A stretch of 64,000 bases of DNA from Auanema rhodensis (Eukaryota > Animalia > Nematoda), in assembly GCA_964057225.1 (NCBI GenBank), contig OZ059895.1, positions 5,952,001 through 6,016,000 of the forward strand, given 5' to 3'. The number at the start of each line of letters is the position of its first letter. Position 1 is the stretch's first letter. The notes below the pieces were generated by a model. The model saw only the letters and a list, made by a program, of their open reading frames with translations, was not told the origin of the DNA and did not search any database. Positions 27,342-43,216 of this stretch are shown here, piece after piece. Both the position numbers and the translations under genes were made by a program.

Positions 27342-30206
27342 ATGTATGCAAGCGAGCTTCAGCAAATTTGTACTCCATGTAAGTCATTATTATCAATTTG
27401 CCTTCATTGCACGGTTCACGAAACTCTAACGTGTGAGCACGGTATCGTGGCCTCAGCATCGTCTACGACTGAAATCCTCAGCAACTTGAAATTCCTGAAC
27501 GCTTCATTGAATTTGAACTGACATGAGCGTAAACTAGTATAGAGAAATTGAGTGTTATGTTTATCTGATTATACTAATTCTTTAACTTAATAATACTTTC
27601 CTCGGTTAGCCACAAAAAAAATCAGATCACATACACTTGTTGTGTCTGTATGAGACAGAGCATAACAAATCATGTTAATGCTCGTAAGCGTTTCTTTTCT
27701 AAACTTTAATCAAAATATAATGTCAATATAATTACCAACAATTTATTAATATTATTATATTTTATTATTAAATTGAGTTATATTGTTCTATTTAAAGCTT
27801 TTCTTCAGTGTCATCCCCATACGGCGATATTGCAGGTGGTGGGAATAAGCAAGATGATTATCAAAAGAAAAAGAAAGAGGTTCGACAATAGGGACTTTAT
27901 GTTTTATAACGAAATAATATTATTGTAGGAAAGTAAAAAGCAAAGAAGGAATAGAACTACCTTTACAACCTATCAACTACATGAGTTGGAACAATCATTT
28001 GAAAGATGCCATTATCCTGATGTCTATGCACGAGAATCATTAGCTGCTAAAGTTAAACTACCGGAAGTTCGGGTCCAGGTAACATAAATATACACTAGCA
28101 AATATGACTGAAACTCTTCATTTTTATATATTAGATTGATAATTCCCAGTCTTATTTATTTTACGAAAACACACAAAAATTATATTATCATTCATTTTAA
28201 TTTTTCTGAAAATTAAATATGATCTTCCTTTTCCAAGACATTCAAAATGCTCATATTCAGAAGCTCAATTATGTTTTAGATGTAATTATATAATATAATA
28301 ATATAATTAGTTACTATAAGGTTCATAAGAATTCATTTTCTCTTTTTCTATTACTTATCTGTAATCTTTGTGATGTCCATTCATAGTTCTTCTTCGTCGT
28401 GTACTTCTAATCGCCTAACGAGCTCATTAGACATGAAGCAATACTTCGATAGATAAAAGAATATGAAGAGATTCGATTCTCTTGAGACACATGCTCGCTC
28501 GAATAATTGGATGACGTACCTTACTGACTACCTTACAAGAAGTCTAAATGCTTAGTATACCAGGGACTTCAACAGTTTTGCTTCAAAATTGCGCCCTCAT
28601 ATGAACAAACTCCGATAATGAGTGTTCTGCTACCACAACTGTTTTGATTACAGATCTTACCATTAATATTTGACAACAACCGTCCAGCACTTACTCTGTA
28701 GCTAAATGAACGAAAGTGAGCGCCCACGCGTTGCCGTAGATTTCGCGTCTAATTAGCATATTTTTCTTGCGTTTAAGATTTCATATCGTTGGAATTAAAA
28801 TCAAGTTGTTGATCATCAAACTTCAACCGAAAGCCAATTTGTACGGTTAAAGACTTAATCCTTTTCAAACCAAATAAGCTTCGAGCTGTTGTCAAAACAA
28901 TTAGCTTGGTCGAATAGCTGAATGAGTCAGTGCCATCCGGCTGGATGAGTGATTCTTTCACAGTTTTCCCCCCATTTCAGGTTTCCAATTCGAAACATTT
29001 AAAAAAATAGTTCACAAGCTCTAAAGAACTGTATGTAACATGGATCAGACATTCGTCTTCCATGTATTGTTGTTCGTAATACAATGTGATTCTCTCACGA
29101 TTTTTTCGATTTTCTCAAGAAATTATGTTCAGTATGGTATATTGTGTCTTATGACCAACTTACAGTATTTGTCTAAGCACATTATGATTCTTTTAGAGTA
29201 TTTTTTAATTTATTCATTAGAGTGCGCAACAGTTTCTCGGCTGTCCTGTTGCCATCTTAGTTTTTGCTCGCAGATTTGTGTTACTTCCCGCAGTGACATA
29301 GCTAATCCGTCCGAAATCCGAGTACGGTCATTAAAGGCCTTCAATCTAAGGGCATCTACTCCTGAATAGAATATAAGAATCTCTTCATGTAAAACCACAG
29401 ATAAGAATCTAATGAATTATTCCATTGTTTACTTATGTAGTGTTGTCAAAGATTAAGGCATAGCCTTCATGGTCGTTCAAGATTAAAAGAAAAAAATCTT
29501 TAATTAATATTTATTCTTTTAATTCAATTCATCATTATTCTTTCAAATTTATTTTCAGGTTTGGTTTCAAAACAGAAGAGCTAAGCATAGACGACAAGAA
29601 AAACAAGAAGGAAATGCTATTGCTGATCTAAGACCACCATCGACTCAAATTCCCTCATGGTATGAGAAGCCACTTATCTTTATAGTTTGTTACATTCACT
29701 TACACAGGTCATGGATGAGTTCAAACAATCTTAGCCATCAAAATTCGACAGCCGGAGGAAATCACCAACACCTTAATCAGAATTATGTCCTTACTGATGA
29801 ACTGTTCAATTCATTTCCTTCCTTTGAACAAAAACAAACTGCAGTTCCCACGTTTATACCTGATATGAAACAACCACAGTCCTTTTTCTCCTGTCTACCA
29901 ACCGGAGCTGGAACTGGACAGTACCCTAACGCATTTCCTACCTCTGGAATAGGATCAGCCCTGAGCAACATGGGAAATAAAGGTGAGTATCAGGGTTTTT
30001 ACAATTGAACAATTGAAAAACAATTTTTTTTCTGAGTTCGTGAACTGATTGAGATTATTATTTCAGGTTTAGCACCAGTACAATTACCTTCATCAGGAGC
30101 AGGCAACGGTGTTTCTTTGGGCGGGTTTCCTTTATCGTCACAGCCTTTAGAAATGGAAAAACAATCATCTGCCCTTCTACAAGAGAATTTCGTACGGCTT
30201 CAATGA
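27342..30206 (+). CDS. ceh-8: Paired-like homeobox protein, RAX/Rx class
   Basis: [48 protein letters not shown]|[15 protein letters not shown]. First exon [12 protein letters not shown] inferred from phase compatibility. Confidence 0.88.
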
Positions 30207-30468
30207 AAATTGCGTGAGTATGGTTATTATAAATGGAACTTTATCGATTTTCTAAGTTGTCATGTATTCTCATTACTGTTCTTGTCTAGAGCCCATATAT
30301 ATATCGTTTTTCTATTTTATGCCTGAATTTTGTGTAGAATTTATATGTTTGATTTTCAAATTTCCAATCTATTCAGTGTTGTTGGTTGAATAGCTTGGCA
30401 AAACTATGTTGTAAATGTCATATTTCATGAAATCACACAAGAGGACGGAAAGACTTTAGCTGTTTGTA

Positions 30469-30539
30469 GCATCGGTGGTTCAGTGGTAGAATGCTCGCCT
30501 GCCACGCGGGCGACCCGGGTTCGATTCCCGGCCGATGCA
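30469..30539 (+). tRNA. tRNA-Gly (GCC)
   Basis: GCATCGGTGGTTCAGTGGTAGAATGCTCGCCT-GCC-ACGCGGGCGACCCGGGTTCGATTCCCGGCCGATGCA; A/B boxes, cloverleaf, downstream TTTT. Confidence 0.97.
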
Positions 30540-30959
30540 ACTTTCTTTTGAACTTTTATTGCAAACTTCTAAGCTAAAATTTTATTTTAATAGAAAATCA
30601 AAAACCGTACATTGTGGAGAATCTCTCTGACATAAAAGAAAAAATAAATATTTTATAAAAACATTAATTGACACAAGGTGAGCCTCAGTATAATAAATAT
30701 ATACATAAAGGCCCAAATAATAATTTTTAGATAATCTAGCCTGCGCTACAGAACTGTCAAAAATAACTGAAAGATCTTGAAAGGCAACAATAGTCAAATT
30801 CAGAAGAAGTGAGACTAAATATAATTAGAAGGCAATTGATTTCGACTTCGTACACCGTACGTAAAATTGGATGATTTTTTTTCAGAAAAACATGACTAGT
30901 TATCATTGTAGTGAAATTTTTCTTTAGTAGTACGAACAAGTTGTTAGGGAGCATGTGCT

Positions 30960-34400
<3,441 letters not shown>

Positions 34401-34545
34401 CGGAAATGTTTTTCGGTTTCTTTCGATGCACGTTTGGTGTAAATAAGGCGGATACTCAACCAATTAAAATCAAAGACAATACTATATAAATAATCTTTAA
34501 TTTCATGTTGAAGTATAAACATATATGATACAAAATTTCAAAATG

Positions 34546-35770
34546 TTAATAAAACTTAGGAGGAGCAAACTCTTCATTTCGTTCCTCCCGTTCTTTTTCA
34601 ATCCATTGATGGTATCTATCTTTACCACGATCCCATTCTCTGTTTGACTTGATGCGTTTTTCAAACTGAAGAAAAAACATAAATAAATTGCTTGCAATAA
34701 AAAGAAAATAACCTGTTCGCTTATTTCTTCTTTAGGATCGGCAGGAATAGGAATTTCATCTAAGTTAACTTCAGGAGGAGGAGTAGGATCTTTCAGAGCT
34801 ACAATAAAAAATTGGAAAGATGAATCACTGTCAGAAACTAACGAGCCAATCCCATTCGAAGTCTGAGCTTATTTACTTTCTGACGTTTTAATTCGTCCCG
34901 CTTTTCTTTCATCATCTTAAAAAATCAAATCTAAACTGTTGACTTCAATAACCAACTTTAATTTTTTCCCTAGCAGAAGCAGTTTCATCGCTCATTTTTA
35001 CTAAATCGTCCATCTGTTTTCTACGCTTTTCTTCATTTTGTGAAAAACGAACGTGAGAAGCACCATATACTCTTCGTTCTAAAATAATAGACCAGTGAAT
35101 AAAAGATAACATTTTAAAAACCTTCATCGGGAATATAGTGAACAGCTTCGGCATCTTCAGACGACGTAGACGGTCCTGGAGGTGGTTCAAAACTTTTAAT
35201 GCGTTCAAGCTCTTCTTTGTTGTTTCTTTTTTTAGTCAAAAAATCAACCATAAAATCCACAGGAGTGTCATCTGCATGTTTAAGTACCACCTCTCCTTTA
35301 GCCAACTTATTATATAACTCTGATTTTTCCTGAAGCAGGAAATCGTGGAAATTCGGACAATTTGAACCAAACCTGCATAACTCGTTTAATCGTGGCCAAA
35401 CGCTCAGCTTCTTCTTGCTCCATTTCTTTACTTAACTCTTTTATGCGTTCTTTACGCTGAGCTGATTCAGATTTCATTGCAACTCTCTCGTCTTTTTTTA
35501 CATGAAGAATACCCTATACATATGATTTCATTGTTGAGCCTTGATATATCTCTAAAATACCTTACTTCCACTTCTATAATCGGTCGTTTGCTGTATTTTT
35601 CCGGCTTTCTCTTTAGCTTTTAAAAGTTCACCCTTGAAAGCATACATGGAGCTAACTTCTTGAGTAAGAATTCGTTTTGGTTCAGGTTTTTTCTCTTCTT
35701 CTTCTTCCTTGCCATCATCTTGTGTATCGCTAGCGTTTCGAGCTAAGCTCGAAGAAGCAAACGTAGCCAT
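34546..35770 (-). CDS. CCDC174: CCDC174-like coiled-coil protein
   Basis: EKSELYNKL, FMVDF, YGASHVRFSQNEEKRRKQMDDL, REWDRGK, ERNEEFAPPKFY* match recalled CCDC174 motifs. Confidence 0.75.
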
Positions 35771-36200
35771 CTAAATATATTAATTATTCAACAATACATT
35801 TTGAATATATACATAGAATGGAGAAACGAACTACTCACGAACTCGTCAAAGAAAAGGATTCGAATTAGAGAGGATCATGATGACTGCACTGCGTTTAACA
35901 ATGAGCCTGTGCGCTAATGCAAGATCGACGCACATTTGTGGTACAGGTTGCCGGACGCCGTTCAATATCCCGAACGTCTTATATTTTGATACACATTTTC
36001 AAAGAATTTTCAAATTTCAATTTTTTACTTTCTGCGGATATCTCTAGGATTGAACTTTCTGTACAATTCCATTGCAAATTGATATTTTGATTAAGAAACA
36101 TATTTAAATTAAGTAAGATATTTAATTTTGCTCTTTGGGGCTGTTCTCCAACTCCAATATATATAAATAAGATATAACTTAGTTATTTTATTTTTTAGAA
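35771..36200. promoter_or_regulatory. Divergent (bidirectional) promoter region
   Basis: 430 bp between head-to-head ATGs, with a GC-richer core at ~35870-35975. Confidence 0.5.
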
Positions 36201-37592
36201 ATGGCTACTCGAGGAGAACATTATGGAGCTCCTCGTGGTGGTGGTCCTTCATCTCGAGGTGGTCAACCGTCTAGAGGCGGCTCACGCGGTGGAGGACCTG
36301 CCCGGGGCGGCGGTAATCCAAGCGGCTCATATCCCGCAGGCCCTGGAAATTTCGGCCCTGGCTATGGAGGCGGAAGTGCAGTAAGTTAATAGTAGAAGAA
36401 AATGTCTATATCACTATTGTCATAGTATGAAGCTTATGGCAACTATGGATATGGTGCTGGGTATGGACAAGGGCCAGAAGCCTTTGGAGAAGGTGCACCA
36501 CCAGGATATGGATTTCCGGGATACACAGGATTCCCACCAATGCCTATGCAGGGCGGGCCACCTCCATCCCCCCTGGACGAAGAAATTCAGGTTTGCATAT
36601 ATACTATGAAATTGTTTGAATAATTGTTATATAGATTGTTATCGGAGAAATTCAAAATGAAATAGTCTCTTTTGAACAAGCAGGAGAATGGGGAGAGCAA
36701 TTTAAAAATGCTCGCAGATTGTTAATATCAGGTTGCACAGTTGATGTTGAACTAGCTCATTTTTGCTTTTCCAGAATCTGAAAAGTTGGAAAATAGCATA
36801 GACCCTGAGTGGTTAGAAGTTGACATTCAGAAACATATTAAAGTCATCAAGAAGGTTTTAGTACCCGTTTATCGATATCCTAAGGTATTTTCATACTTAT
36901 TTTCAACTTTGTTACAAAATTATTTAGTTTAATTTCGTTGGTAAAATTCTTGGTCCTAAAGGTGCAACTTTGCAAACTCTGTCCAAAACTCATAAGTGCC
37001 ATATTTACGTATTGGGAAGAGGATCAACAAAAGATCAAAGAAAGGAAAATGAATTGTTAATGTCTGGTGATCCTCAGTATGCTCATTACGGAGGTCCTCT
37101 TCACGTTAAGGTTGAAAATTATTTAGATATTGTAACTAGAAAATTTTTTTTCAGATTGAAACTATTGCTCCAGCTCATGTTGCTTATCAACGTGTAACAT
37201 CAGTATTAGAAGAGCTTAGTAAAATATTACAACCTGTAATAAATTATTTTTTTTATTGAAATTGAAATTAATCATCTTAGATACGAGAGGATACTACACC
37301 AGCTCATCTTAAGGGTGATGGAACTGGATCAGCAGATGGCAGTGCAGAAGATAGTAATAATCGTAAGCATTTGTCTATCGTAGCTTTGTCTTATTTATTA
37401 TTTTAGAACCTCCTGATATGTCTATCAAAGATAATATTGGTAATAATGGTGGTATGAACATGGGTGGTGGAGGTCCAATGCGTTCGAATCGTGGTATGTC
37501 TAGGGGGCGAATTGCAAGAGGCCGTGGAGGGTAAGTTACCGTGCATTCATCACATATAAACTTCAATTTAAAGACGTGGCATTCCGTATTAG
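36201..37592 (+). CDS. STAR-family KH RNA-binding protein (Sam68/KHDRBS-like) with RGG regions
   Basis: [50 protein letters not shown]; N- and C-terminal RGG boxes; ends GRGGRGIPY*. Confidence 0.88.
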
Positions 37593-38688
37593 AACTGCTT
37601 TTCTTACGTCGCCTCCGAATCATCGGTAAGTCCTTGTTGTTTTTGAAAAATCCAAAAAAATCAAATTTGGTTGTTTGGTCCTGCACGTTAGCTGTTTGTT
37701 TCAAAAAGTAGTTCTTCAGGTTCTGATTCCGTTACGCGAAACTTAAATATAAAAACGTAGCTTGATGGACGGAGCATCCTAAACATGTTAAACTTCGTAA
37801 CATTAATTAGTACAATAACCTTATCAAATTCAAAAAAATTGTGAAGGATCTAAGATCTCCCGTCAGTTTGTAGTTATTTATTGTCTTCAGTCCGCAATCT
37901 CGTTTAATGAAATAAAAATCTTTAAAATATACTATAAAAAAGGCGGGATAAGCTTGATAATTTTTAAGATTAAACATCTGTTTTATAATATTATATGAAT
38001 TGGCATCCCTGTTACAAAAATTTAGGTAAAAAATAATTTATTTCTCTTAACGTACTAAAAAAAGGTAACTTTCACATCGAATCTGAATTCATGATTGATT
38101 TTGTCTCTGTGATCGGCCATCCATTACTGTCTATTGTTATCACCTTTTAATCATAATGAGTGGAGTGTTTCGAACTTTTTCTGTTGTGTAAATTAGTATT
38201 CTTTAGAGATTCAAAGCTATTTTTAAGATTTCCCAAAGATCTTATTGTGAGGAGATTGTTATTGTTCGATTGTCTATATCTTATACCTTCCTTGGATAGT
38301 GGCTTTAGTGTCATGATTGTTTCTGCTATTTATAGAAATAGGTATTGGAATCTAGCTTGATTTCAGTACTAAGTCTTATTTCACATTAGGCTTTTGAAAA
38401 GTTCAAATTTGTGATATGTGTCGGCCTGTAATGATTGTTGATTACTGAGATTGCCTGAAGTTTTAAAGCCGCATGTCAAACGGTGTATGCATGTACGCTT
38501 TGCCAAAGAAATAGAATATATAATTAATTAAATACAGACATTGAGTAACAGGGTGTCAATCTTTGTAAAAATGCCAAATCAAACTCTTAATATAAAATGT
38601 TCATTTAAAAGGCAAATTATGTGTCATGCAAAGCGATATTTTATAGACAAATATGTACCCGGTCTCTTGTTATGCAATATTTTTCGTT

Positions 38689-41600
38689 TTAGACGACAGC
38701 AATTTTGTGGCAAAGGTTACAGGTCTTAGCGCAATCTCTAATCATAGATTGCGGTGAAGCGCTAAAATAAAAATAAAAATAATTATCAATTTCAAAAATT
38801 ACCTGCAAAGATTTGGGGAGGATTTTATCCATGATTGACAACCAGCTAATCTATCAGAGCATCGTTCTTGGCGTAGTTTATTCATTTTCTGCTCGTTAAC
38901 TATAATACATCGCTACTAATTTAACTTTGCTTCATTAGTTACAAACCTAATTTATCTTTCCATTGCTTTTGAACTTCATCAATAACAACTTGAATACCGG
39001 CCCAAGTTTCTCGAGCGGTTGGGATAAGTTGGCTTTTTTCTAAGACAAATCCGTTCCACTCTTAAATATAATGATTATAGACCTAATGGGAATTATATGC
39101 AGGCACACAAAACTGGGCTCAATTCTATCTTGTTATTACATCTATTTTTATATTAAAATTATCTATTTAATCTAAAATTAGAGCTATTCACACTTTCCCA
39201 CCCAATAGATGGACCAATACGCGGGTCCCATTCGGACCCTCTCTCCATACACTCTTACCTATAAATCATTAAATTCAATCTTTCATTCTTCTTTAATACG
39301 AGAGTAAATTAATTTTTCCCACCTTCATAAGTTGGTCTAACTTCAATGGTATACGAATATTTCGTCTTAAGTGTTTCCTTGGCCCAATCAGTTGATCCTC
39401 CGGAGAAAGCATCTAAAATTTAATCCATGTTATTTTCATTTCAAATAAAATTATAAGTGAGATTATATAAGGAAGACAGAAGAAAAGATGCTACGCACAA
39501 ATAATTTCTGGACCAGTTCCGTGTCTATACTTAGTTCCGTAAAGTTTTCCCAACGCCTCTACAGCTTTGGCAGCAACTCGTCGCTAAAAATAATAGAAGT
39601 TAATATAATAATAATAAACATTTAAATATATTTTTCTTTGTCATTAATTTTCAGATGAAATATAAAAATTTAATAGAAATATAGATCTAAGCTTTCAATA
39701 TCAAATAAAAACGAAAAATCAGTGCGTTAATTATGAAAAAAAAAAGTTTTTTGATCATCAAACTTACAGTTTCAGCAATATCTGGAGCGTAGGTAAATTT
39801 GCGATGTGAATAAGAATAAATCCAAAGTTGAGAATAAGCATGAAGAGTAATATAAGCTTCAAGTCTATCTTTTTGGCTAAGCATGAATTCGCTGATAGCT
39901 CTGCAAAGAAAAATGAAATAATACTGAAATATCATTAAAATATAAAGAAATAAAAGCGAAATGTATCAGAAATATGAAAGAAAATTTCATTCAACATGCA
40001 AACTTGCAGACTGTATTGATATAGAGGAGCTTGACTATCAGTCTGATGAAGATGTTGTTTATCTCACATGTGTTAGGGTAAGAAAATACTTTTTTGAAAA
40101 TAATTATACCTAACAATCTAATATTTACTGTACCTTTTGGCTTTAGAATAGATGAAACTCGTAAACTCACTTGCTTTCAGGCTCACTGAATGCTGAAGGT
40201 CCGTGATAAATTTCAGAGCATGGGTATTTGGAGGCACCAATTTCTAAAATTTATTACAAAAGTTATTATTTTTTTGGTGTGAAAGAAGGGTATTGAGATG
40301 CGAAAGTGAGATATGTTAGATTAGGAAGTGAAAGAGACAATTTGAAGCTGAATATTTGGATTGAAATTGTTGAAGCAAATGAAGTAGAAGCAATAGATTT
40401 ACCTCCAAAACGGAATCCGAAGTTTCTGTTCAAATCAACACCCATACAACAGGCATTGCTGATGCCATCAAAAGCACAACGCGACGGAGAACGGGATTTA
40501 CGCCACATACGAGCCTATATATAGATATAATGATATTATATTCATTTGTGATTGCAGATAAGTTTTAATTTTCTTTTGTTTTTGATTTTAAGGGAAAGAC
40601 ATGCTACAAACCGGTTGTTCTTTATAATGATAAATTTTTAATCGTGTGTCATGTACGTATTTTTAATTTAAAAAAGACATTTTTTGCTCTTGAAAAACAA
40701 AAATATTACTCACTCGTGGGTTAGATGAATCAGTTCTGGTGAATTCATATCCATCAGGGTTAAGTACAGGGAATACATAGATGATGATGTCATCCAAATA
40801 TGATTGCACTTGCTCATTAGACATTCGTTGATTAACAATCTGAATTATAAAAGTTTTTTTCTGAGTTTTGAACTTTCACCATTGATCTTTTTGAAGGTCG
40901 TAAAAATACTTACTGTATTAATGATATACATAGCTGTGTGAACTGCCGTCCATTCACGAGCATGAATACCAGCATCCAAGATTACCGCTTTCTTATCTGT
41001 TCTTTCTCTTCCAAACTGAATGTATTCATTTCAAAAATGAAACTTGAAATAACGGAAAGTTAACCTTCAAACCAATTATGCGACGCCCTTCCACTGTTTT
41101 TCCAATATCCACAATCGAAGCAATATCGGGCAACTTTTCGGCTATACGATGCATCCATTGGGTGATGGTGTTGTATGAATAATATTCGCCCATTCTTCAA
41201 ATATTTTTTATATATAATCAGTATAGTTTAATTCAGTTCACTTGATTTTGCTCATAAATGCACCTCCGGCATCATCGTGCATCCTCAGAAACTGCCCGAA
41301 GCTATTAATATCTGTCCAGCTTAAGTCTTGAAGATCTTCATCGTTCAGATGTTTTTCGATAGACGATTCCTTTTCAATTAGCATTCTGAAGTTAATAGAC
41401 TCATACTATGCTATGGATTTCGGACAAACTTTCTAAGATCATCAATAGCTATTTGATATGGAAATTGGTGATTGAAAAGAAATTCTTCAAACTCAGAAGT
41501 GTATTCTGGAGATATCATAACGTCAACCGTACTGTTTACCTGGCTAGGTGCATGCCAAAAATCTGCTTTCTAGAATAACAAGAAAAAAATCTTCCCACCC

Positions 41601-41814
41601 AAAAACTATTAACCTCCGATGGTGCTGTCTCGAAAATTCGAATCAAATGATCTAAATGATGCTGACTGGGTGGTACTACACGGTATACTTTGAAAATGCT
41701 ATAAAACAATGTAATTACTGCTGTTGAAACTTAATGAGCTTACTCTTCGGTATCATTTTGCACAGCTAAGCATAAAGGTATGAGCAGCAGAAAGATTTGA
41801 AACCGTCGAATCAT
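38689..41814 (-). CDS. Zinc carboxypeptidase A (M14A) with propeptide and C-terminal ShK domain
   Basis: Signal peptide; DFWHAP propeptide; DAGIHAREW; NPDGYE; MWRKSRS; GVDLNRNF; LHAYSQ; GGSTDWA; TIEVRP; CSDRLAGCQSW..C..CAKTCNLC. Confidence 0.92.
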
Positions 41815-43168
41815 CTGTAACATGTAGATAGCTTTCACAATCAGCCGTAATCGAATTGAATAAAGACACAGAGTAGATGTTGAAGATGAAATTCGAGTTC
41901 CAGATAAGTTACAGAAAATAAAAGTTCGACTTGACAAGTATGAGCAAAAAGAGAATGTGACCAATTAAAATAGTTAAATTCTGTCTTCTCCTTTTGATGT
42001 CTTCAATCTTTAATGATTTTTTTCTTAATTCATAAAACGAGGAAGAAAAACGAGTTTTAAATATGAACTATACTATGCACGTCCTTTGTGATATAATCAG
42101 ATGAAACACTGAGTCCAACACTGTAGTTATAACGAATTGGGAAGCTCAGCACATCATCTAACTTCCAGGTCAATTAGAACAAATAGAAAAATTAAATATT
42201 GCTTTGATATATAATTCATTTTTGTTAAAACAAGTTAAAAAAAGAATTGTTTAACAATTAGTAAAAATAGTTATAAAATTTCTGAAAACAAATTTTGAAT
42301 TAAGAAGAAAACGATGAAGTTCTTCCTTCAATAAATTATGAATAAGTTTTAGAGGTAATTCTTATTTAGCAGATGAACTCCGATTCAGATACGATGTGCA
42401 GAAAAATGAAAATATTTCGGTAATATAAGAAATGTTAACACTGATATTATTATGAAGTAATTAAATTAGATGGATGTGTAGAACAAAACTGAGAATAAGA
42501 TATGCCATAGATGTATATTCACACACAACGTCAAGGAGGAACATAAGGAGGACGTTGAGATGTGGAGACATTGAAGATAGAACAGAAGCTACGATTCTTG
42601 ATGCATTTCACTGTGATGCCACGGTTGAAGAGTAGCAAATGGATCTGGTTCTTCTTCGCTGGGTTTCAACCATGAAGTATACGTCTACAGATGCCATCGA
42701 ACAACCAAGAATGAAGTTATTATCGTCTTGCTAGGCTTTTTTCTTGTCTCTCTGTGTCTCTCTTTTTGTCTATTTATCTCTAATTCTCTTTTCATTTCTC
42801 GTTTTGTTTCCATCCTTGCTATGTTGTGGTGACCTCGACGACAAATTCAAGCCCGAAATACTGAAAAAAGGAAAGAAAAACGAATAAGAAATAATTGGAT
42901 CGTTATCCATATAAGCTAGATATAGTTGTGGAAAAGAGATGAATCAAATAGAACATGAATAAAAAAGTGATGAAATGAATATACGTTTCATGATGATACG
43001 ACTAACTACTATAGAAAACGATCCTAAGAACGTCAATCAGTCGTTATCCTTCGGTAGCTTTGTCTAAGATATTGATACCGTTGTTTTATATCCAATAAAG
43101 TCGTTTGCAACTTTTAACTTAATAGCTGGCGGATCGAAAAAGAAAGTTCAATTTAAAAAAAAAAAGGA

Positions 43169-43216
43169 AGTAAAACAGGAAGACGAAGACCCAGTAAAAC
43201 AGGAAGAAGAAGACCC
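43169..43216. repeat. 24-bp tandem direct repeat (2 copies, 1 mismatch)
   Basis: agtaaaacaggaagacgaagaccc / agtaaaacaggaagaagaagaccc. Confidence 0.85.

Noticed and set aside
38431-38460. ATGATTG...CTGA...CTGA C/D-box-like words
   Set aside because: Spacing too short, imperfect C box, no recognisable guide sequence.
40043-40090. CTGATGA resembling a hammerhead ribozyme core
   Set aside because: No GAAA directly after the putative stem II and no stems I/III.
42622-42671. GGTTGAA/TTCAACC hairpin as a possible pre-miRNA
   Set aside because: Pairing is limited to the base; the interior is too poorly paired.
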